Assembly (NCBI GenBank): GCA_030698625.1
Contig: JAUYMS010000003.1
Location: forward strand, 83,471 to 147,470
Direction: 5' to 3'
Length of the DNA: 64,000 nt
DNA from: Candidatus Omnitrophota bacterium
Lineage (GTDB): Bacteria > Omnitrophota > Omnitrophia > Omnitrophales > Aquincolibacteriaceae
Shown: positions 57,149 through 64,000 of the stretch, piece after piece
Position numbering within the stretch: the stretch's first letter is position 1
Layout: the number at the start of each line of letters is the position of its first letter
Position numbers and translations under genes: made by a program
The notes under the pieces: generated by a model
Told to the model about the DNA's origin: nothing
The model's input: only the letters and a program-made list of their open reading frames with translations
Database searches by the model: none

Positions 57149-57199
57149 ACGAGACACCACAGGGATTCGAATAGTCTTGTCGGGCAGTCTCGTTTTTTT
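57149..57199 (+). terminator. Possible terminator or processing hairpin after infB
   Basis: ACGAGAC...GTCTCGT arms (57149-55 / 57187-93) are followed by T7 (57193-57199). The loop is long (about 31 nt) and only partly self-complementary, so the call is weak. Confidence 0.3.
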
Positions 57200-57228
57200 A
57201 TCTCCGCAGAGGGGACAGAGGTCAGCGG

Positions 57229-57600
57229 ATGCAAGGAAAAAGATTAGACCGTGTTGGTCATTTGATTCAAATGGAGTTAAGCCAGCTTGTGCTGACGCGC
57301 GTTAAGGATCCGCGCCTTGGATTTGTGACTGTGACGCATGTGGATGTCACACCCGACGTGCGATCGGCCTGTGTCTTTTATAGCGTGATGGGTGACGACA
57401 AGGCCAAAAAGGAAACGCAGGGTGTTTTAGAGCGTGCGGCGGGCTTTCTCCAAAGGGAGATTGGCAGCAACTTGAAGTTGCGTTTCACGCCGAAGCTGAT
57501 CTTCCGCAGGGATGATTCCATTGATATGGGCATAGAAATCGATTCGGTTTTGCGCAGTGCTAAGGGACAGGGAAGTACATCAAGTGAGAAAAAACAGTAA
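57229..57600 (+). CDS. rbfA: Ribosome-binding factor A
   Basis: RLDRVGHLIQMELSQLVL.RVKDPRLGFVTVTHVDVTPDVRSACVFYSV is the RbfA signature. Confidence 0.93.
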   Translation: MQGKRLDRVGHLIQMELSQLVLTRVKDPRLGFVTVTHVDVTPDVRSACVFYSVMGDDKAKKETQGVLERAAGFLQREIGSNLKLRFTPKLIFRRDDSIDMGIEIDSVLRSAKGQGSTSSEKKQ

Positions 57601-58582
57601 TACGAGCCTAAAAACATTCTGTCAGGCATTGAAGCGTTATGACCGCTTCCTGCTTTCCTGTCACGTAACTCCGGAAGGGGATGCGATCGGAAGCATGCTG
57701 GCCATGGATTCGCTGCTGCACCGTCTCGGAAAGCAGACAACGGTTGTTTGCCAAGATGAGTTTCCGAAGCGGCTGCCGTGTTTATCCGACAAGCGCTGGA
57801 AGCAGGTCGAAGAGGTTCGCAAACCGTTGGGCCACTATCAGGCTTTGGTGGTGACTGACTGCCCGACCATCGAACGTATCGGAAAAGTAAGGACGCTGCT
57901 TACCCCCGAGACCGTGATTTTCAACATCGATCACCACATCAGCAATCTCTATTACGGCCATTACAACTACGTTCGCCCCGAGGGTTCGGCAACCGCCGAA
58001 GTCGTTGTCGATATATTCAAGGGTTTGAAGCAAAAGCCTACAAAAGAAGATGCGCTGAACCTTTATGTGGGGATTACGACAGACACCGGTTCGTTCAAGT
58101 ACAGCAACACGACGGTGCGCAGCCATCAGGTCGCAGCGGAGCTCATTAAGACGGGTATCGATATTGCGAAGATTAACGATCAGCTTTACAGCACTTATTC
58201 ACTCAATAAAATTAATCTCTTGAGCCGTCTTTTTTCACGCGTGCGTACGACGGCTAACGGAGCCGTGGCGTGGGTGGAGATGCGGAATCAGGATCTCGTG
58301 CACTCCGGGGCAACCTATGAGGATGCCGAAGGTTTTATCGATTATCTTCGCTATATGAAGGAAGTGCAGATTGCCTTTTTTATGATTGAGATGCCCAAAA
58401 GCAAGACGGTCCGGGTTTCGTTTCGTGCGAAGGGTGACTATGATGTTAACAATATCGCGACCTGTTTTGACGGGGGCGGTCACAAAAAGGCATCGGGATG
58501 CGTTGTGTCGGGATCGCTGAAAGACGTGGAGCGTGAGATCTTGCAGCGCGTCCGCCTCGAACTTAAGACACCGCAGAAATAA
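57557..58582 (+). CDS. nrnA: DHH/DHHA1 phosphoesterase (NrnA-like oligoribonuclease/pAp phosphatase)
   Basis: HVTPEGDAIGS, FNIDHHISN and FDGGGHKKASG motifs. The start is uncertain: ATG 57557 overlaps rbfA by 44 nt, whereas GTG 57584 overlaps by 17 nt. Confidence 0.8.
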   Translation: MLRDREVHQVRKNSNTSLKTFCQALKRYDRFLLSCHVTPEGDAIGSMLAMDSLLHRLGKQTTVVCQDEFPKRLPCLSDKRWKQVEEVRKPLGHYQALVVTDCPTIERIGKVRTLLTPETVIFNIDHHISNLYYGHYNYVRPEGSATAEVVVDIFKGLKQKPTKEDALNLYVGITTDTGSFKYSNTTVRSHQVAAELIKTGIDIAKINDQLYSTYSLNKINLLSRLFSRVRTTANGAVAWVEMRNQDLVHSGATYEDAEGFIDYLRYMKEVQIAFFMIEMPKSKTVRVSFRAKGDYDVNNIATCFDGGGHKKASGCVVSGSLKDVEREILQRVRLELKTPQK

Positions 58583-58583
58583 C

Positions 58584-59306
58584 ATGAACCAAATAGACGG
58601 CTTTCTTATTGCAGACAAACCCCAAGAATGGACATCGCACGATGTCTGTGCCTTTGTGCGCAAGCACTTCAAGATTAAGAAAGTGGGGCATGCCGGTACG
58701 CTCGACCCGATCGCGACCGGTGTGTTGGTGCTGCTCCTCGGACGCGCGACGAAGCAATCGATTCCTCTGAGCTCCTGCGAAAAGGAATACCAGGGAGTTA
58801 TGGAACTAGGAATAAAGACAGATTCGCATGATCGCTCCGGAAAAGTCATCGGTGAAGCCCCGTGGGAGTCTGTAACTCTGGAGGATGTACGCGAACGAGC
58901 GAAAGATTTCACCGGCGAAATTATCCAGGTCCCGCCGATGGTATCAGCGCTTAAGCACAAGGGTGTGAGACTTTACAAACTGGCGCGGCAGGGAAAAGAA
59001 GTTCACAGGGATGGCCGCAGTGTCACCGTCCGCGAATTCAATATTGTAAAGAAAGAAGGTGCACGGGTCCATTTTTCCGCTACCGTATCGAAGGGAACTT
59101 ATGTGCGGACACTGGTGCATGACCTCGGCGATGCCTTGGGCTGTTTTGCGACGCTTGCCGCTCTTGAGCGCATTCGCAGCGGGACTTTTCACGTGAAGGA
59201 TAGCGTGAAGGTCGACGCCATGAAGAAAATGAGTTTCGATGATCTGTGCGGGCGTATGATCCCGATTCATCTATCCCCCGTGTATTCCTTCTCTCTGGAA
59301 TCTTAA
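58584..59306 (+). CDS. truB: tRNA pseudouridine-55 synthase
   Basis: GFLIADKPQEWTSHDV and KVGHAGTLDPIATGVL (catalytic Asp). ATG 58584 lies just after the nrnA stop (58580-82). The tracked start at 58533 is a spurious 5' extension. Confidence 0.93.
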   Translation: MNQIDGFLIADKPQEWTSHDVCAFVRKHFKIKKVGHAGTLDPIATGVLVLLLGRATKQSIPLSSCEKEYQGVMELGIKTDSHDRSGKVIGEAPWESVTLEDVRERAKDFTGEIIQVPPMVSALKHKGVRLYKLARQGKEVHRDGRSVTVREFNIVKKEGARVHFSATVSKGTYVRTLVHDLGDALGCFATLAALERIRSGTFHVKDSVKVDAMKKMSFDDLCGRMIPIHLSPVYSFSLES

Positions 59307-59312
59307 TCCCTC

Positions 59313-60335
59313 ATGCAAATTCTAAGCAATATTGATTCTTACCAGCGTAGTTCTGATTGCCCGCTTATTCTGGCGATCGGTAATTTCGATGGTGTGCATC
59401 TCGGTCATCAACTCATTCTGAAACGGGTTACCCAGAGGGCACATTACCTGCGGGGAAAGGCGGCTGTCCTGACCTTTGTCGAGCATCCTCAGCGGGTGCT
59501 GCATCCGGGATCGAAGCCCCTGATGCTTAATTCTCTTGAGCAACGGCTCTGGCTTTTGAAAAAGACGGGTTTAGATATATGTTTTCTAATTCATTTTACA
59601 GAATCGTTCTCACAGCAGGAGCCGGCTGACTTTGTGAAAAATGTTTTGGTCGATCAACTCGGCGTGTGCGAGCTCTATTTAGGGTCCAACGCAAGGTTCG
59701 GAAAGAACCGCGTTGGCGACGCGTCATTGATGCAGAAGATCGCTTCAAAACTGGATTTTGCGTTTGAAGAGGTCGGTCCCGTGATGGTTGGCGAAGAGGT
59801 CGTTTCAAGCTCGCGTATTCGTGAGTTGGTGCGTGAGGGGCAGATCGAGAAAGCCTCGGCTTTTTTGGGAAGACTGATGACGATTCTCGGAATGGTGGTT
59901 GCCGGCGACGGCCGGGGCAGAGAACTCGGTTTTCCGACCGCCAATCTGAAAATAAGAAGTGACGTGTTGCCCCCGGAAGGGGTCTACCCCGTGCTGGCGC
60001 GGCCCGTAGAATTGTCCATCGAAGACTCTTGTGCCGAGGCCTCCAAGCTTCATGCAAAGCGCGAGCCCACCTGGCATCAAGGATTGCTCAACTATGGCCG
60101 AAGACCTACCTTTAAGGAGGGAGAATCCGGTGCTATCGCTGAGGTCTTTATCCTGGATTTTGAAGGTGATCTATACGGGCAAACCTTGGAGTTGTGCCTT
60201 TTTGACCGCCTGAGGCCCGAAAAGGCCTTTTCGGGAGCCGAGGACCTCAAGACGCAGATCTCTGCGGACGTCCTGGAATGCCGAAATTTCTTTAAAAACA
60301 GGGAAAATAACAACTTTACAAGCCTCGTGGATTAA
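59313..60335 (+). CDS. ribF: Bifunctional riboflavin kinase / FMN adenylyltransferase
   Basis: IGNFDGVHLGHQ (FMNAT), then GDGRGRELGFPTANL and EVFILDFEGDLYG (riboflavin kinase). Confidence 0.93.
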   Translation: MQILSNIDSYQRSSDCPLILAIGNFDGVHLGHQLILKRVTQRAHYLRGKAAVLTFVEHPQRVLHPGSKPLMLNSLEQRLWLLKKTGLDICFLIHFTESFSQQEPADFVKNVLVDQLGVCELYLGSNARFGKNRVGDASLMQKIASKLDFAFEEVGPVMVGEEVVSSSRIRELVREGQIEKASAFLGRLMTILGMVVAGDGRGRELGFPTANLKIRSDVLPPEGVYPVLARPVELSIEDSCAEASKLHAKREPTWHQGLLNYGRRPTFKEGESGAIAEVFILDFEGDLYGQTLELCLFDRLRPEKAFSGAEDLKTQISADVLECRNFFKNRENNNFTSLVD

Positions 60336-60396
60336 CGTATACTAACAAACTAAAAATAGTCTAAATAGAGACGAGACAAGGAGTTAGGTAAGGTTT

Positions 60397-60666
60397 ATGG
60401 CTCTTGCGAAAGAAACGAAGACAAAAGTTATCGCAGATTATAGGCGCTCAAAAACGGACGCGGGTTCACCCGAAGTACAGGTTGCTGTTCTGACGGAACG
60501 AATCAACGGGCTTTCGCCGCACTTTGAGGCCAATAAGAAGGATCACCATTCCCGTTATGGGTTGATCAAAATGGTGAGCCGGCGTAAACGTCTTCTTAAT
60601 TATCTTCGAAAGATTGCCCCGGACCGCTATCAGGATTTGATTAGTCGCCTGAATTTGAGGAAGTAA
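60397..60666 (+). CDS. rpsO: 30S ribosomal protein S15
   Basis: 89 aa, with GSPEVQVAVLTERINGLSPHF..NKKDHHSRYGL and RRKRLLNYL. Confidence 0.97.
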   Translation: MALAKETKTKVIADYRRSKTDAGSPEVQVAVLTERINGLSPHFEANKKDHHSRYGLIKMVSRRKRLLNYLRKIAPDRYQDLISRLNLRK

Positions 60667-60700
60667 CTCCTTCCAGAACCCCCCAGACAAGGATCCGACC

Positions 60701-62887
60701 ATGGCCATCGAGAAAGTAACCGCTCAAGTAGGAAATTCCGAATTTATTTTTGAAGCAGGACATATAGCTAAGCAGGCTCACGGTTCTGTGACTCTACAAT
60801 GTGGGGGCACTGTCATTTTGGCGACGGCCGTGGCCAAGATGGAGCTCGACATAGGCAAAGACTTTTTCCCTCTTATGGTTGATTACCGTGAGAGAACATA
60901 CGCCGCCGGTAAGATTCCCGGAGGATATTTCAAGCGCGAAGGCCGGCCGACCGAACGTGAGATTTTGACCTGCCGTTTGATTGACCGTCCCATACGTTCT
61001 CTTTCCAATAAAGACTGGAAATACGACACCCAGTTAATCATTACGGTACTCTCTTCGGATGGTGTGAATCCGCCCGATATCCTTGCCATGAACGGAGCCG
61101 CTGCCGCTCTCTTTATTTCTGACATCCCCTTCGAAAATGTGATGGGTGCCGTACGTGTCGGATTAATTGACGGTGAGTTCATTATCAATCCAAGCTTCCG
61201 GGAGGTGGAAGAAGGCGATCTGGATCTAATCCTTGCCGGTACTGACGAAAGAATCGTCATGATTGAAGCGGGCGCTAACGAGCTTAGTGAAGAAAAGATG
61301 ATGGAAGCGCTGAAGTTCGGTCATGAACATATCAAGAGCCTTGTGAAGGCCCAGAAGGCGTTGCAGGCCAAGGTCGGTAAAGCGCGTCGCGAAATTCCGA
61401 AGGTTGAAATTTCGACGGAGATTCAAGAGAAGGTGGCGTCTGCCATCAAGGGAGAGTTCGACAAGATCTTCAAGCTTCCCAGCAAAGAGGAACGGGAAGC
61501 AGCCACAGAGGCGCTTAAGGCAAAGGTCCTGAGCCAGTTCGACGAAACCGCAGATGGTTTTAATTCCGGCCATGTAAAAGCAGTCTTCGGTAAACTTGAA
61601 AAGGAACATGTCCGCGAGATGATTTTAAGCGAGGGCAAGCGCCCCGACGGCCGTGGCTTTGGCGACTTGCGTAAAATTACCTGTGAAGTCGGGGTTCTGC
61701 CTCGGACCCACGGGTCAGCTGTTTTTACCCGCGGTCAGACGCAGGCCCTTGCCGTGACCACGCTCGGAACAGGCGGTGACGAACAGCGCATCGATTCTCT
61801 GGAAGGCGATATAACGAAGCGTTTTATGCTTCACTACAACTTCCCCCCCTTCAGCGTTGGCGAAGTCGGTAGAACGGGCGGTCCCGGACGGCGTGAAATC
61901 GGTCACGGAGCCTTAGCCGAGCGTTCCTTGAAGCCCATCATTCCGCATCAGGATGATTTTCCGTATACCATCCGCCTTGTTTCCGATATTTTGGAATCCA
62001 ACGGTTCCAGCTCTATGGCCTCGGTCTGCGGCGGTACTCTTTCTTTGATGGATGCCGGCGTTCCTATTAAGGCCCCGGTAGCCGGAATTGCGATCGGTTT
62101 GATCACTGGGGGAGACCGCTGGAAGGTTCTCACAGACATCGCAGGCATCGAAGATTATCTCGGCGATATGGATTTTAAAGCTGCCGGAACCGCCAAGGGA
62201 TTGACGGCTCTTCAGATGGATCTCAAGATCGCAGGTGTTACCGATGAGATTCTCTTGGAAGCATTCAAGCAGGCCAAGGATGCGCGGTTCAAATTACTCG
62301 ATTGCATCAAGGAGACCATTGCGGCGCCACGTGAAGACCTATCGCAATATGCGCCTCGAATTACCACGATCCGCGTCAACCCCGAGAAAATCGGCATGAT
62401 CATTGGCCCGGGCGGAAAAGTCATTCGCAAGATTTGCGAAGACACGGGTGCAGAGATCAATATTGAAGACGATGGTCGCGTGCATGTCTCCTCTGTGGAT
62501 GCCGATGCCGTTAGTGAAGCGCTTGCGCAGATCGAGCTCATCACGCAGGATGCCGAAATAGGCAGGATCTATGAAGGAAAAGTGCGTAAGCTGATGGGTT
62601 TTGGAGCCTTTATCGAAATCCTTCCGGGCAAAGACGGCATGTGCCACGTATCTGAAATCGCAGACGGCTTTGTGAAGAGCCCCGGCGACTTTATGCGTGT
62701 CGGCGATATCGTGCCTGTCAAAGTCATTAAGGTCGAGGATAATGGCAAGGTCAGTTTGAGTATTAAAGAAGCCAAGGAAGGCGGTCTGTCCCCAATTCCC
62801 GAAGGTGAAGAGAAGGGGGTTGTCGAGGAATCAGCCGGCCGCGGCGGAGGACGCGATCGTGGCAGCAGGCCGCGCTCGCGCAGGTAG
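60701..62887 (+). CDS. pnp: Polyribonucleotide nucleotidyltransferase (PNPase)
   Basis: Two RNase PH domains, a KH domain (IGMIIGPGGKVIRKI), an S1 domain (GRIYEGKVRKLMGFGAFIEI) and a short Arg/Gly-rich tail. Confidence 0.97.
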   Translation: MAIEKVTAQVGNSEFIFEAGHIAKQAHGSVTLQCGGTVILATAVAKMELDIGKDFFPLMVDYRERTYAAGKIPGGYFKREGRPTEREILTCRLIDRPIRSLSNKDWKYDTQLIITVLSSDGVNPPDILAMNGAAAALFISDIPFENVMGAVRVGLIDGEFIINPSFREVEEGDLDLILAGTDERIVMIEAGANELSEEKMMEALKFGHEHIKSLVKAQKALQAKVGKARREIPKVEISTEIQEKVASAIKGEFDKIFKLPSKEEREAATEALKAKVLSQFDETADGFNSGHVKAVFGKLEKEHVREMILSEGKRPDGRGFGDLRKITCEVGVLPRTHGSAVFTRGQTQALAVTTLGTGGDEQRIDSLEGDITKRFMLHYNFPPFSVGEVGRTGGPGRREIGHGALAERSLKPIIPHQDDFPYTIRLVSDILESNGSSSMASVCGGTLSLMDAGVPIKAPVAGIAIGLITGGDRWKVLTDIAGIEDYLGDMDFKAAGTAKGLTALQMDLKIAGVTDEILLEAFKQAKDARFKLLDCIKETIAAPREDLSQYAPRITTIRVNPEKIGMIIGPGGKVIRKICEDTGAEINIEDDGRVHVSSVDADAVSEALAQIELITQDAEIGRIYEGKVRKLMGFGAFIEILPGKDGMCHVSEIADGFVKSPGDFMRVGDIVPVKVIKVEDNGKVSLSIKEAKEGGLSPIPEGEEKGVVEESAGRGGGRDRGSRPRSRR

Positions 62888-62917
62888 TCTCGCCGTTCTG
62901 GTGCCCCTCGTTTTTTC

Positions 62918-63373
62918 ATGCCAGAACTCGAAGTTCTAATTAAAGTCCATCCTCATTTTGAAGGCCTGAGTCTGCCTGAATATAAGACACACGGCTCCAG
63001 CGGAATGGATCTATTGGCTGCTTGCACGGAGCCTATTGTTCTCCATCCCGGCGACCGTGCTCTCATACCGACTGGCCTGTCGGTTGCCATCCCCGAAGAT
63101 TATGAAGCGCAGCTCCGGCCGCGTAGCGGACTTGCCCTTAAATTTGGCGTTGGGCTTCCCAATAGCCCGGGAACGATCGACTCCGACTACCGTGGCGAAA
63201 TTAAGATAATCCTTATCAACTACGGGCGTGAGGATTTTACGGTAACCCGGGGTATGCGAATCGCACAAGTAGTGATTGCGCCTGTGGTTAAGGCGAGGTT
63301 ACTTCCGGTCGATAATCTAGACGAAACTCATCGCGCGAGCGGGGGGTTTGGCCACACCGGCTTGCATCACTAA
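62918..63373 (+). CDS. dut: dUTP diphosphatase
   Basis: SSGMDL, RPRSGLALKFG, GTIDSDYRGE and GGFGHTG motifs. Confidence 0.95.
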   Translation: MPELEVLIKVHPHFEGLSLPEYKTHGSSGMDLLAACTEPIVLHPGDRALIPTGLSVAIPEDYEAQLRPRSGLALKFGVGLPNSPGTIDSDYRGEIKIILINYGREDFTVTRGMRIAQVVIAPVVKARLLPVDNLDETHRASGGFGHTGLHH

Positions 63374-63379
63374 GAACTC

Positions 63380-64000
63380 ATGCGCAAAGAACGAATCAAC
63401 GAGATATGGGGTGTGCTTTTTTTGCTGCTAGGGCTGTTCACTCTCGCGAGTCTCGTCTTCTATCATTCCGGCGATCTTAGTTTCTATAGCTCCCATCCCA
63501 ATCGGCCGGTGCTCAATTATACAGGGCTTACAGGTGCGTACCTGGCCTTCGGTCTGTTCCTGACCTTCGGCGCGAGCGCTTTTCTGATTCCGCTTATATT
63601 CCTGCTCTGGTCGAGCTGTTTTTTTATGCAGCGCATTCCGGAACGAAAGTTTTTTAAATTTCTCGGCCTGGGTATCGCGATGTTTTCCGCAGCGACGATT
63701 ATCGCAATTTCCGTAAACCCGGAGTTGCGCCTGGAGCGCGGCGGCGCGATCGGCTATCTGGCTGGGACGCAGCTTCTACGCTATTTCGGGCACTTGGGCA
63801 GTTTTATCCTGGCGGCATCGTGTTTACTCTTATCGATGTTACTGGCGACCGATTTTCTTTTGTACCCGCTCTTTAAGAATGCTATGAAGCGGCTGCAGAA
63901 AATGACGCGCGGGTTTTCGGACTTCAGAGAAAATTTTCAGGAACTCTTCGCTGGGATCCGGATTCCCAAGCAACGCCCCACGATGGAAAATCTGGCTGAG
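63380..64000 (+). CDS. ftsK: DNA translocase FtsK, N-terminal membrane domain (partial; runs off the window)
   Basis: ATG at 63380, open in frame to base 64000 (207 codons). MRKERINEIWGVLFLLLGLFTLASLVFY... shows the four-TM pattern typical of the FtsK N-terminus. No motor domain is in the window, so identity rests on the TM pattern only. Confidence 0.6.
   Translation, partial: MRKERINEIWGVLFLLLGLFTLASLVFYHSGDLSFYSSHPNRPVLNYTGLTGAYLAFGLFLTFGASAFLIPLIFLLWSSCFFMQRIPERKFFKFLGLGIAMFSAATIIAISVNPELRLERGGAIGYLAGTQLLRYFGHLGSFILAASCLLLSMLLATDFLLYPLFKNAMKRLQKMTRGFSDFRENFQELFAGIRIPKQRPTMENLAE

Noticed and set aside
58533-58583. Upstream truB start at 58533, and likewise the 161 start for the SseB-like ORF.
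   Set aside because: The extensions overlap the preceding genes and add non-conserved residues. ATG 58584 (MNQIDGFLIADKP...) and ATG 218 (signal peptide) fit the family N-termini.

Overview
Bacterial chromosomal window with two very different parts. Bases 903-37655 (+) are a single uninterrupted 36.75 kb ORF of 12,250 aa. It opens with an N-terminal Sec-type signal or anchor. In one frame it carries at least 20 recognisable enzyme-like or regulator-like modules: three protein-kinase-like domains (one UbiB/ABC1 type), a P-loop module, three class I SAM methyltransferases, two GNATs, an M48-like HExxH metalloprotease, a CheD-like Cys/His hydrolase, two sigma-70-like modules (one with five tandem region-4-like HTHs), a tandemly duplicated class II aldolase-like module, and a CBM-like beta-sandwich. 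These modules are separated by a reiterated pentapeptide, RSELR, present as 16 exact and 4 near copies that use scrambled synonymous codons. Several segments that follow the motif begin with their own TM hairpin or twin-arginine-like signal. I interpret this, as inference, as a previously undescribed 'punctuated polyprotein' or multi-effector giant gene. It is reminiscent of the giant genes reported from uncultivated lineages such as Omnitrophota, but I do not recognise the punctuation motif. The remainder (38.1-64 kb) is ordinary core content. On the minus strand, a complete F1Fo ATP synthase operon runs directly into nuoJ-K-L-M-N-I, preceded by an M28 peptidase gene. A tRNA-Gly(UCC) and an acyl-CoA desaturase follow. 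On the plus strand the order is nusA-infB-rbfA-nrnA-truB-ribF-rpsO-pnp-dut and the 5' part of ftsK. I saw no rRNA, CRISPR array or clear transposase. All domain calls rest on motif recognition by eye, with no searches run.
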